A stretch of DNA of 64,000 nt, from IMG/VR virus record IMGVR_UViG_3300024346_000039, positions 1 through 64,000 of that record; one strand, written 5' to 3'. The notes under the pieces are model-generated. The model saw nothing but the letters and a program-made list of their open reading frames with translations, searched no databases and was not told the DNA's origin. Source of the stretch: a virus. This document shows, piece after piece, positions 18,101 to 26,902 of the stretch. Numbering within the stretch: the first letter of the stretch is position 1; every line of letters begins with the position of its first letter. A program made the position numbers and the translations under genes.

Positions 18101-20888
18101 CGAATGGCGTGCACAGCAGGTAGAGTCTGCTCCTACTGGAGAAAAAGGCGCACCATTCTTTATCCCTCTAGTAATTCCAGAAGGTATTGAATCTGGAGAT
18201 GGACGTAAGTTTGATAAGGGAGTAATCACAATGCGTGAACTTCCTCTTCCTTTAATGTGGCAAATTGCTACTGGCGAGGGACATTCTGGGTCAGTTGTTG
18301 TGGGCAAGATTACCGAAATGGAAAGAACAGAAAACGGTATCGGAAATGCTCGTGGCTGGTTTGATACTGGAGAGCACGGAAAAGAAGCGGAAAGACTGGT
18401 TCGCGGCGGGTTTATCCGTGGCGTCTCCGCTGATATGGATAATTTTGAAGCAGATGAAGAAACAAATGCTTCAGAAACTGACTCTGACAAGAAGGTCGGA
18501 GCAGGTAAAATGAAGATAACAAAGGCAAGAGTTATGGCTGTAACTATTGTCCCAAAGCCAGCGTTTCAGGAATGCACCATTAAGATTGCTGAAGCAAAGG
18601 CACCAGAGCAGGAGGAAAAAGCAATGCTATCTGACGGTGTATATGTCGAAGGTGTAAACCCTCTCGACGCATCAGCACTTGTCGCTTGTGGACTCGTTGC
18701 TGGAATGATTCCAGTAACTCCACCAAAAGAGTGGTTCGACAACCCTAAGTTGACAAAGCCAACTGCTCTGACAGTAACTGATGATGGAAAAGTTTATGGT
18801 CACATTGCCGCATGGCACGTTGACCACATTGGAATGGCTTTTGGAACAAAGCCACCTCGTAGCCGTAGTAACTACGCCTACTTCCACACAGGAGTTGTAA
18901 AGACTGAAGAAGGAACAGATGTTCCTGTTGGTCAACTAACTCTTGCTGGTGGACACGCTTCACTAGAAGCATCTGCATCAGAGGCAGTTCGTCACTATGA
19001 CGACACAGCATCTGCTATTGCTGATGTTCATGCTGGTGAAGATGCTTATGGCATCTGGGTTTCAGGAGCACTTCGTCCAGGAACAACACCAGAGCAGATT
19101 CGCTCACTCCGTGCATCAGCACCATCAGGAGACTGGCGCCCAATTAAGGGTGGACTTGAACTTGTTGCAGTATGCCAAGTAAATGTTCCAGGATTCCCAA
19201 TCGCTCGTGCCCGTGTTGCATCAGGTCAGGTAATGGCTTTGGTTGCAGCAGGTGCAAGTGTTCTTGCACAACTAAAGCACGACCCACTAGCAGATATCCA
19301 GGCTCGCCTAGACCGCGTTGAGTCAGTAACAACTGAACCACTAGTTGCTGCTGCTAATGAAGCAAAGGCTCGTATGGAATCAATGACTGCTGCTGTAAAA
19401 GCAGGAGAACTTTCAAAGCGCTTTAAGAGTATTAAGGATGCAGATTCTTTTTACATGACTCAGATGCTGGACGACGACACAACTGAGTTGGCAATAATCC
19501 CACGTCGTGAACGTATTAAATTGGCTGAACAAGGAAAGGCACTTAAGGATGGCTCTTTCCCGATTCGTAACGAAAGCGATTTGCGTAATGCAATTCACGC
19601 TTTTGGTCGTGCTAAGCCAGGAAAGCGTGGACTAGTTCGTCGCCATATTGTTAAAATGGCTCGCGCTCTAGACCGTAAGGACCTTGTTCCTGAAGCATGG
19701 AAAGAAGCATCAGACACTACTGTAACTGCAAGTTTGCGTGAAAGAATTGCAATTGTAGAAGCAGTTTTAGCAGCAGGAGATATTAAAGAACTCCCTTTCG
19801 TTGAGGGGGGCCAGGCACCAGTATCAGCAGACTCTGCTGACGCTTGTCCCCCTGCAACGGGAGACATCTCTATCAACCTAGCCAATCGCCAGAAGGCAAT
19901 TGACAATGGTGGATATGGCCCACTAAATCCGCAAGAACCAAACGATGAGTTTTGGCAAGAAAAAGCAACTCGTTGGTCTGTAGATATTCAAGAGGCTAAG
20001 AAGTCTGTATGTGGTAACTGCGTAATGTTCATCCGCACTCCAAAAATGTTGGACTGCATCTCTGCTGGTTTAGAAGCAGGGGACTCAAGCAAGAACAATG
20101 CTTGGGATGCTATTGATACAGCAGAACTTGGTTACTGCGAAGCATTTGATTTTAAGTGTGCAGCATCTCGCACTTGCGATGCTTGGGTAGTTGGTGGACC
20201 AATTACTGCGGCAGCAGATGAAGCAGAGGCTCCTGCTAAAACTCCTGCACCTATGGGTGTTGAACAGCCAGCAGTTGAAATTACTGATAAAGATATTGCA
20301 GACTTGTCAGATGAAGAACTTAAGATTCTAAAGCAAGAACTTAAGAAGAAGCGTCTATCAGAGCGCAAAATTGATGGAAAGTATGTTCCTGGAAAGACTC
20401 AGCCAAGAGATACTTCAGGAAAATTCCGCACTGTGCTAGCAAGACTTAAGGCAGACCTAGGACCAAATGGTTCTGCCCAGGCGCTTGCCAAGATTGAGAA
20501 GGCAGAGCAATTAGACAATGCTGGTAATTATCTAGCATCTGCTAAGGCCGCTGGCGACCTTCTTGGAATGGTTGACCGTTTGGACGCAGGGGCTCTAAAT
20601 GCTGAATCTCTAGAAAATGTCAGAACTACAGCACAAGCGTTGGGCAAGACCATTGCCAACCTACCTTTTGCCTTCGGAAAAGACGCTCAAAAAATTCGTT
20701 TTTCTGATGTCCCACCCGTTCTTCAAGACTTAATGCGAGATATGATTACCCGCGTAGAAGACAAAATTGGTGATAAGGACGCGGCTGAGGCTACGCAAGG
20801 GCTAAAGACTTTTATGTCTGGTGGAGACTATTTCAACCAGGGAGAGATATCTAGCCAGATGTCTAAACTCCTCCGCTTACTTACCTAA
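15186..20888 (+). CDS. Capsid maturation protease polyprotein (1900 aa, multi-domain)
   Basis: IPEGIESGDGR..LPLPLMWQ..GHSGSVVVGKI..RGVSAD and GHIAAW..PPRS..YAYFHTG..SGDWR..ALVAAG blocks; lies directly upstream of the major capsid gene. Confidence 0.75.
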   Translation: MKFVGRKGDEVLFVIDNQAVFVNEKQNVVSNIDSASTVLASFVPEGHQDKPDSVPYELALAATTDLDIKVFSNNDRMYTIPDAVKAEAKRAIEWRKEHNRGGTPVGMNTARTLAKGGQIGIRKIRHIAKYFPRHEVDKKGTGYKPGQKNYPSNGRIAWALWGGDAAERWASAIVERENKKAQANSITASYRHIMSEQNDPTAIELSAFELARILPQGLAPEFFIRIRLDGAGIDRLYKTEPTGEVSVWDDGMWEDLGNINHDFLTYDKSLDDASDTVEKIHLPVDIDSAIAISGMFDVDPYKYVGVTQVNPEESGLVSEAVDYVDWNEIDLISMGESPEYADIEMLSDEEAMFAVGAPVAAPAQADAPTGEVKKGDGQYTPAERSKNASGQVRNKLGMFAKAGSQVVIGGKSKYTGKIVGMNADTQTVRVELENGITVDVPGNLTQEAEGFVEAPEASAPTPEQAKALTRNILGEPKPPADKASARLSERMSTMTPQQTATVVSDYPNFVGGERSANLKATAQAPAAPAAPATPLTAKTAYQTPNAYNNPLLRAFLEKKVVSPTGEVSYPNAIWYRPDLAGINPNEVESYKDNISSVDKFIKNQEAAPLMTSPAMQQPAKGFSKPTAQPAAPAKTVSTNKTLPNGVVQSGTPQAPIYTAMINGFPVETNKDGEPIKGVYLEVPEEGVKYAGALVKRGESYGALRETGELGTPKEKYDKNYDGIREYKAADGTIYYGRRGVVVPPGKMMTSAGSIVDKPKTASAMIASAENVELTPDTSDVPPVYMAVVAPDDAQAVMDLISLVPKSSQSETPTTFKRKEGKWIKDEAILNDLNSPTPPPVVVLDNTTLGDVLEQIDGPDAATASAIVETMMAAGGLDKNRGNAEELRQYWLRGKGAAKIRWNTPGDWTRCVRQLSKYMGPRAKGYCALRHKEATGMWAGDKENRQMGKVTASGKLLYSNDFIIPSSSVIASAEWRAQQVESAPTGEKGAPFFIPLVIPEGIESGDGRKFDKGVITMRELPLPLMWQIATGEGHSGSVVVGKITEMERTENGIGNARGWFDTGEHGKEAERLVRGGFIRGVSADMDNFEADEETNASETDSDKKVGAGKMKITKARVMAVTIVPKPAFQECTIKIAEAKAPEQEEKAMLSDGVYVEGVNPLDASALVACGLVAGMIPVTPPKEWFDNPKLTKPTALTVTDDGKVYGHIAAWHVDHIGMAFGTKPPRSRSNYAYFHTGVVKTEEGTDVPVGQLTLAGGHASLEASASEAVRHYDDTASAIADVHAGEDAYGIWVSGALRPGTTPEQIRSLRASAPSGDWRPIKGGLELVAVCQVNVPGFPIARARVASGQVMALVAAGASVLAQLKHDPLADIQARLDRVESVTTEPLVAAANEAKARMESMTAAVKAGELSKRFKSIKDADSFYMTQMLDDDTTELAIIPRRERIKLAEQGKALKDGSFPIRNESDLRNAIHAFGRAKPGKRGLVRRHIVKMARALDRKDLVPEAWKEASDTTVTASLRERIAIVEAVLAAGDIKELPFVEGGQAPVSADSADACPPATGDISINLANRQKAIDNGGYGPLNPQEPNDEFWQEKATRWSVDIQEAKKSVCGNCVMFIRTPKMLDCISAGLEAGDSSKNNAWDAIDTAELGYCEAFDFKCAASRTCDAWVVGGPITAAADEAEAPAKTPAPMGVEQPAVEITDKDIADLSDEELKILKQELKKKRLSERKIDGKYVPGKTQPRDTSGKFRTVLARLKADLGPNGSAQALAKIEKAEQLDNAGNYLASAKAAGDLLGMVDRLDAGALNAESLENVRTTAQALGKTIANLPFAFGKDAQKIRFSDVPPVLQDLMRDMITRVEDKIGDKDAAEATQGLKTFMSGGDYFNQGEISSQMSKLLRLLT

Positions 20889-20953
20889 GTTCTATAAAAA
20901 TCGTACAAAACTAAAAATCACAGTAATAAAACTAATGTAATATTCAGTATTAG

Positions 20954-21058
20954 GTGGAGTGCCTCCACGCATCTATTGCGTATTGGAGTCCCTCGGCCTC
21001 GACTGACAGCGAGACAGGAATTATTAGCCTGTCGTGACTGGCCCAGAGGAGGGACAGT
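20954..21058 (+). promoter_or_regulatory. Structured 5' leader of the capsid gene that pairs with its RBS
   Basis: GTCCCTC (20988-20994) is complementary to GAGGGAC (21049-21055); inner GGCC/GGCC and GACAGG/CCTGTC stems. Confidence 0.5.
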
Positions 21059-23131
21059 ATGGACCAAATCAAAACAATGATGGACCAACTCTCAGACCTC
21101 GATGACTCACAAGTCAGCGAACTACAGAGTTCAATCATCAAAGAGTTTGAAGCGGTTGAGAAAGAAGAACCTTCTCTTGCAACAGTTGACGCGATGACGT
21201 CGCTTGCCGATATGCTTGACGGAGTTAGAAACGAAGTCATGCGCCGCGAAACTGCGGCCAAAGAACTCGCACAGCGAGCAGCCGAGGCCGCTAACCGCGT
21301 ACACGGACAAGATGGCGAAGCAGCGGATAAGTCAATGGATGAAGAAAATCCTGATGCCGCACCAGCAGATGCAGAAGCACCTGCTGCTCCAGTAGAAGAA
21401 ATGCCTAAAGAAGAAGTTGCTGCCGCACCAATGGAAGAAGAAGCACCTGTTGCTGACGCTCCTGTTGCTGAAGAAGCACCTATGGATGAAAAAGCAGAAG
21501 AAACTGATACTGAAGAAGACACGGAGAAAAAGGACAAGAAGGAATATTCCATGACCGAATCAACAACTAATGCAGAGAAGAACTCAGAGTTCTCAACTGA
21601 AAACGCAGAAGCAGCGCCCGTTGCTGAAGCAACCACTGAAGTAGCAGCAGAAGTTGCCGCTCCAGTAGCAGAAGAAGCACCAGCAGCAGAAGCACCAGCA
21701 GCAGAAGAGGCAGCAGCATCAGATGATGCAGCAGCAGCAGATGCAGCAGTTGCAGATGCAGTTGATGGTTCAGAAGCATCAACCCAATCAGAAGCAAGTG
21801 AACCAACTTTGGTTCAAGAAACTATGGAGGCACCTGTGACCGCCGCTGCCGAAAATGCAGACAACCTCAACATTGAGGTCCCGGCTGACCGTCGTCTTAT
21901 CTCCCAGTCTTCTGCCGCACCTGTGGCAATCACAGCGGGCGCAGATATTCCTGGGTATACAGCCGGCAGCCCAATGAACGACATGAGCGCTGTTGCTGAA
22001 GCAATGTCAAAGCGCCTACACGGCCTACGTCGTGTAAACGGTGGAGATGGAGAGCAGCACATTGTTGCATCTGTCACTACTTCATTCCCAGAAGAGCGCA
22101 CCCTTACTCAGGATGCAGAATCAAACTGGGCAAAAATCCAGGCTGTAACTGGCCCAGAAGCACTTGTTGCTTCAGGTGGTCACGCAGCACCATACACAAT
22201 CAAGTACGACATCTTTGGTCTTGGTACCACTGCACGTCCAGTACGCGATTCACTTCCAACATTCCAGGCTGACCGTGGCGGTATCCGCTTCGTAACACCA
22301 CCAGTTCTTTCATCATATGGAGACGCTGTAGGAATCTGGACAAACGCTAAGGATATTACTCCTGGCACAGACACCAAGACATCACTTACTGTTTCTGCTG
22401 CACAGGAAAACACTGTTGCAACAGATGCTGTAACTCTACAGTTGCAGTTCGGTAACTTGATGACTCGTGCTTACCCAGAACTAATCGCTCGTCACAACGA
22501 GTTGGGTCTTATCCAGCACGCTCGTGAAGCAGAGCAGAACCTTCTTTCAAAGATTGGTGCTGCTTCAACAGCAGTTACAACTACAAGCCTTATCGGCTTT
22601 GGTCGTGACTTCCTAGTCCAGATTGGACGCGCTGCTGCTGCTTACCGCTCACGCCACCGTCTAGAAGCAGATGCACCACTTCGTGCAATTGTTCCTTCAT
22701 GGGTTGCTGACGCAATGCAAGCAGACCTTGCTCTAAATATGCCTGGCGACGGCACACTTGCTGTTGCTCAGTCAGAAATCAATGGCTACGTTAAGGCTCG
22801 TGGAGTTAACCTAACTACTTCACTTGACGCAACAGTCTTTGGAGCACAGGGCGCTGCCGCTCTTCTAGAGTTCGCAGATTCATTCACATGGTACCTATTC
22901 GCAGAAGGTTCATTCTTGTTCCTTGATGGCGGTACTCTTGACCTCGGAATCATCCGCGACTCATCTCTAGTCGGTACAAACGACTACAAGATGTTCGTTG
23001 AAACATTCGAGAACGTAGCATTTGTTGGTGTCGAGTCTCTCGCCATCACATCAACCATCTCTGTTAACGGTGTGGCTGCTGCCCTCCGCGACACAACAGG
23101 TGGCGCAACTGCTGCGGCTGTTGAGTACTAA
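21059..23131 (+). CDS. Major capsid (hexamer) protein with long acidic N-terminal scaffold-like region
   Basis: 690 aa; coiled-coil and Ala/Glu-rich N-half; C-half with RPVRDSLPTFQADRGGIRF and FLDGGTLDLGIIRDS..NDY.MF.ETFE. Confidence 0.85.
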   Translation: MDQIKTMMDQLSDLDDSQVSELQSSIIKEFEAVEKEEPSLATVDAMTSLADMLDGVRNEVMRRETAAKELAQRAAEAANRVHGQDGEAADKSMDEENPDAAPADAEAPAAPVEEMPKEEVAAAPMEEEAPVADAPVAEEAPMDEKAEETDTEEDTEKKDKKEYSMTESTTNAEKNSEFSTENAEAAPVAEATTEVAAEVAAPVAEEAPAAEAPAAEEAAASDDAAAADAAVADAVDGSEASTQSEASEPTLVQETMEAPVTAAAENADNLNIEVPADRRLISQSSAAPVAITAGADIPGYTAGSPMNDMSAVAEAMSKRLHGLRRVNGGDGEQHIVASVTTSFPEERTLTQDAESNWAKIQAVTGPEALVASGGHAAPYTIKYDIFGLGTTARPVRDSLPTFQADRGGIRFVTPPVLSSYGDAVGIWTNAKDITPGTDTKTSLTVSAAQENTVATDAVTLQLQFGNLMTRAYPELIARHNELGLIQHAREAEQNLLSKIGAASTAVTTTSLIGFGRDFLVQIGRAAAAYRSRHRLEADAPLRAIVPSWVADAMQADLALNMPGDGTLAVAQSEINGYVKARGVNLTTSLDATVFGAQGAAALLEFADSFTWYLFAEGSFLFLDGGTLDLGIIRDSSLVGTNDYKMFVETFENVAFVGVESLAITSTISVNGVAAALRDTTGGATAAAVEY

Positions 23132-23195
23132 GCCGTACCCAATAACTGAATAGTAAATTACCGAGCAGACACTTAGAAGAAAGAGGAATACAAAG

Positions 23196-24068
23196 ATGGC
23201 GTTTAAAGGAATTTATCCAGCATCAGAGTTGACCCCTGCCGCTTGCGGCCTTCTAAGTGTCGCTCGTGTAATGAAACACACGGGTTCAGATTCCGATGAA
23301 ACTTGGATTCGTGGATTCTCATATGAGTTTGACTCACAACCAGAAGTTGAAATTTTTACAGTAAACGATGCAGTAACAACTGGTGGGGTAGTAGGAACAT
23401 CTAATCTCCCACAGTATTTAGATTACGAGCCTTTCTTTATCCAAGTAACAGACACCCGTTCTGCTTTTGGAGTAACTGGTGAAGACCGCTTTGCAATTAC
23501 ACTAAAGCAGTTGGAAGCAGCAACACAGAAGGCGGTAGAGCGCGAACTCTGGGAAGGCGTATCGGCTCTAGCAGAAACCAATTCAAATTCATTTTTAAGA
23601 AAGAGCGGCTCAGCAACTGTTGTAGATTCAACAGCACTTGCTCCAGCAACTGCTCTTATGCTTTTAGAGCAAGCAATTGCCTCTGCACCAACAGGTGAAG
23701 CAGGGGTAATTCACATGACCCGCGACGTAGCCTCACTTTTAGGCTCTCGCCTTATCTTTCTTCCATCAGACGGTGGAAAAGCAATGACTCGCTTGGGAAC
23801 CCCAGTAGTCATTGGTTCTGGTTATACAGGTGCTGGTCGCATTGGCGATGCAAACACCGCAGCGTCTGCTTCAAATAAGTGGATGTTTGCTACAGGTTCA
23901 CTAGATGTGCACCTAAGCAAGCCAGAAGTTGTTAATGACAACCTAAGTCAGGGATTTACTGTAAGTAGTAACGTAAATACTCTATCTATCAGAGCAGTGC
24001 GCTCTGCTGCGGTATACTTTGACCCAAGTATTAATTTTACAGTTCGACTAGCGCTACCTACAACCTAA
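23196..24068 (+). CDS. Probable major capsid pentamer (second capsid) protein
   Basis: 290 aa directly after the MCP; AVERELW, GVIHM, TRLGTPVVIGSGY and WMFATG motifs recalled from actinophage pentamer proteins. Confidence 0.6.
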   Translation: MAFKGIYPASELTPAACGLLSVARVMKHTGSDSDETWIRGFSYEFDSQPEVEIFTVNDAVTTGGVVGTSNLPQYLDYEPFFIQVTDTRSAFGVTGEDRFAITLKQLEAATQKAVERELWEGVSALAETNSNSFLRKSGSATVVDSTALAPATALMLLEQAIASAPTGEAGVIHMTRDVASLLGSRLIFLPSDGGKAMTRLGTPVVIGSGYTGAGRIGDANTAASASNKWMFATGSLDVHLSKPEVVNDNLSQGFTVSSNVNTLSIRAVRSAAVYFDPSINFTVRLALPTT

Positions 24069-24098
24069 TAAAACAAGAAAACACAAAGGAGATACAGA

Positions 24099-25142
24099 AT
24101 GGCCACTCAGGACTACGCGGCTTCCGTCCAAGGTGTGGCGATTCGAGTCACAAGACTCGACGCCTCGGGTAACCTGCTCACTAACGATGGTGACAGTTAC
24201 ACAACCTCGGCGTTTCTTCGCGCTTCATTCACCCCAGAATACGAAGAGGGTGACGAAATTGTTGAGAAGTCAGCCGATGGAACAATTTGCGTTTCATACA
24301 AGGCACCAGACACACTCAAGCGCATCACAATGGAACTCGCAATTTGCGAACCAGACCCAGAATTAACATCACTTCTTTCAGGTGGCTTGCTACTTCGTAA
24401 GAACTTCGGAACACTTAACACACCTGATAATCAGTCAGTCGGTTGGGCCGCACCAGCAGTTGGCGATAATCCAGCAGGAAACGGTGTTGCTCTAGAAGTT
24501 TGGTCATTTGCAGTAAAAGATGGAAAGCGTGCAACAACAAATCCATACTTCTACTGGGTATTCCCATACGTTAAGTTGCGCCAGTCAGGTGACCGCGTAA
24601 TTGAAAACGGAATGCTTGCAAACACATTTGAAGGTTACGGCCTTGGAAACCAGTTCTTTGGAACAGGTCCAGATGGTCGTTGGGAATTCCCAGTGGCAGC
24701 AGAGCGTCCATACTCATACGCTCGCGGAAACTGGGCTCCAACAGGTCTCAAGGGCTTCTATGACTGGTTCGACAACAAGTCAGTATCAGTTAGCAACAAG
24801 TCTTTGACTTCTAACGTAGCAACTCTTACCACATCAGCCGCACACGGGTTTGAAATTGGTCAGACAGTTGTTGTTGCTGGCGTAGATAGCACCTTCAATG
24901 GTACTTATCTAATCACTAACAAGACCAACAACACATTCACATATGCGAAGACAGCAACAGATGTTGCTTCAACAGCAGTTTCTCCAGTAGGAACAGCAGT
25001 TCGCCAGCGTGGATATATACCTGTAAGCAACTTTGCATATCAGTCATCAACATCACAATATAACGTTCCTGGTGGAATTACTTATAATGCTGATTCACCT
25101 GTTGACTTCATCATTGCTTCATCACAGGACCCACAAGCGTAA
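24099..25142 (+). CDS. Major tail tube protein with C-terminal beta-domain
   Basis: IRVTRLD..EEGDEI..K.ADG.IC..ALEVWS..YWVFP; position in the tail module. Confidence 0.8.
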   Translation: MATQDYAASVQGVAIRVTRLDASGNLLTNDGDSYTTSAFLRASFTPEYEEGDEIVEKSADGTICVSYKAPDTLKRITMELAICEPDPELTSLLSGGLLLRKNFGTLNTPDNQSVGWAAPAVGDNPAGNGVALEVWSFAVKDGKRATTNPYFYWVFPYVKLRQSGDRVIENGMLANTFEGYGLGNQFFGTGPDGRWEFPVAAERPYSYARGNWAPTGLKGFYDWFDNKSVSVSNKSLTSNVATLTTSAAHGFEIGQTVVVAGVDSTFNGTYLITNKTNNTFTYAKTATDVASTAVSPVGTAVRQRGYIPVSNFAYQSSTSQYNVPGGITYNADSPVDFIIASSQDPQA

Positions 25143-25157
25143 TATTACAAAAGGAGG

Positions 25158-25210
25158 GCGGACGACATTCCAGTCGTGTATTTTTACACAAGGAAGTCGT
25201 CCGCTTTTCT
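25158..25210 (+). terminator. Long stem-loop terminator after the major tail gene
   Basis: GCGGACGAC (25158) / GTCGTCCGC (25196) stem followed by TTTTCT. Confidence 0.6.
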
Positions 25211-25228
25211 CATTAACGTAGGAGAGAC

Positions 25229-26368
25229 ATGAGCCATCTTTGGACTAATGCAGAAGACCTAGGGTCTTATGCTAATTCTGAATACGCCTATGATGCTGTA
25301 AAAACAGCCTCTTACCTTATGTGGGCAATGTCAGGTCGTAAATACTCTGGAACAACTACAGTTACAGAGCGCTACATATCGTCTTTTTCTCCCTACCTGA
25401 GAGTTGGGGCGTCGAGCCTTAATTTCTCTCCGGTACTTGTACAGGGGCAAGTTCAGAACGTTCAGGTGAACGTTTTTGGTAGATATAACGATAGCGACTT
25501 TGCAGGAGATGGTTCATCTGCTGCAACTCGTGTGCGTTTGCGTGGACGCAAAGTAATTAAAATCCACACAGTGCGAGATATGAAGGGCAATGTAGTAGAC
25601 CCTAAAGAATATTATTTAGTTGAGCACTCAACGATGCTTGCAATTCCTGGAGCAAGTTGGACCCCATCTAACGTAGAAATTACATATACTTATGGAACAG
25701 AACCACCTACAGCAGGTAAAAATGCTGCTCGTATGTTGGCTCTTGAACTAGTTAAGTTATATGAAGGCGATGATACCTGCGCTCTTCCACAGCGTGTAAC
25801 TTCAGTATCTCGTCAAGGAGTTTCATACACAATCCTTGACCAACAAGATTTTATTGACCAAGGCAAGACTGGCTTATACGCAGTTGACCTATTCTTAAAA
25901 ACTACCAACCCAGACAATGCTCGTGCTCGTTCACGAGTCTTCTCCCCTGACCAGCCTCGTGCTCGTCGTATGACACCTAAGCCATATCTCTTTACCGAGA
26001 CAGCATTTGACCTAAAGGTTCTTCCTACAGGCGGGGACACAGAAATCTTCCTTGATGAAGTTAGTGGAGATTTTCTACTTAACGACAATGCTTGGGTAGT
26101 GTCTTTAACAGTTTCAGACTACACAGGCTCTAAGACAGTAAGTGTCCCTGGAGCAGCCACTCTTAATCGTGCTACTGGAAAGATTGCCTTATCCGTAGAT
26201 TACAGCGATATCCTTGCTATTCTTGGACCTCGTGAGCCAGGAAGTTTTGATATCTACTGCACTCGACCAAGTCTAGGCAACCCTGCCGTTGACGAAGTTA
26301 TCAACCTTCTTACAGCAAACATCTCTATTCAACTCGGAACACGAACAGAGACCATCTATACTTTCTAA
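25229..26368 (+). CDS. Head-to-tail adaptor
   Basis: ASYLMWAMSGRKY..ITYTYG..PP.AG..AA..LA.EL..C.LPQRVTSVSRQGVS motif. Confidence 0.75.
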   Translation: MSHLWTNAEDLGSYANSEYAYDAVKTASYLMWAMSGRKYSGTTTVTERYISSFSPYLRVGASSLNFSPVLVQGQVQNVQVNVFGRYNDSDFAGDGSSAATRVRLRGRKVIKIHTVRDMKGNVVDPKEYYLVEHSTMLAIPGASWTPSNVEITYTYGTEPPTAGKNAARMLALELVKLYEGDDTCALPQRVTSVSRQGVSYTILDQQDFIDQGKTGLYAVDLFLKTTNPDNARARSRVFSPDQPRARRMTPKPYLFTETAFDLKVLPTGGDTEIFLDEVSGDFLLNDNAWVVSLTVSDYTGSKTVSVPGAATLNRATGKIALSVDYSDILAILGPREPGSFDIYCTRPSLGNPAVDEVINLLTANISIQLGTRTETIYTF

Positions 26369-26395
26369 GTATAAGAATTTAAGAAGGAGAGACAT

Positions 26396-26902
26396 ATGAG
26401 CGGGTTACCAGACCTTTCACAGGTAGACGATGATGCAAAACATCTTGCTAACTTTTTACAAGCCGTACTTGATAAAGTTGTTTCGACCTACGCTTCTTAC
26501 GGTATGCCACTTCCAGCGCGACGCTACTGGACTTTAGGCGAGCCTTCAATAGATTGCGAACAACTTGTAGTATCTTTCCTTCAAATGTATGTTGGCTCTC
26601 CAGGAGATGAAGCAACACAGCCTCGCCGATGTGCTGACCCACGAAGTGCAACAATAAATATTTCTGTTTCTCGTCAAGTTCCTACAGTAGGACAAAATGG
26701 TCGTCCGCCATCAGCCGAAACTATCGAGGCAGGTTCTCGTTTATCTGCGTATGATGCTTGGGTAATGATGGAAGGCGCAGCAAAATTTGATGCCTGGGAA
26801 GAGACTGGTTTTGGTCTTGGCGTTATCGCTACAGTTGAGGTAAGAACTGCTGAAGGCGGATTTCAGACTGCTGTTCTCACGATGACTGCTGGTGTCCCGT
26901 AA
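26396..26902 (+). CDS. Neck/tail-terminator-like structural protein
   Basis: Position; DCEQLVVS and EGG motifs typical of this actinophage gene. Confidence 0.55.
   Translation: MSGLPDLSQVDDDAKHLANFLQAVLDKVVSTYASYGMPLPARRYWTLGEPSIDCEQLVVSFLQMYVGSPGDEATQPRRCADPRSATINISVSRQVPTVGQNGRPPSAETIEAGSRLSAYDAWVMMEGAAKFDAWEETGFGLGVIATVEVRTAEGGFQTAVLTMTAGVP

Noticed and set aside
6739-20888. Inteins, or stop-codon recoding, as the explanation for the giant ORFs
   Set aside because: No C/S...HN-C/S/T splice junction or LAGLIDADG motif was seen; TAA, TAG and TGA all terminate well-formed genes in this window
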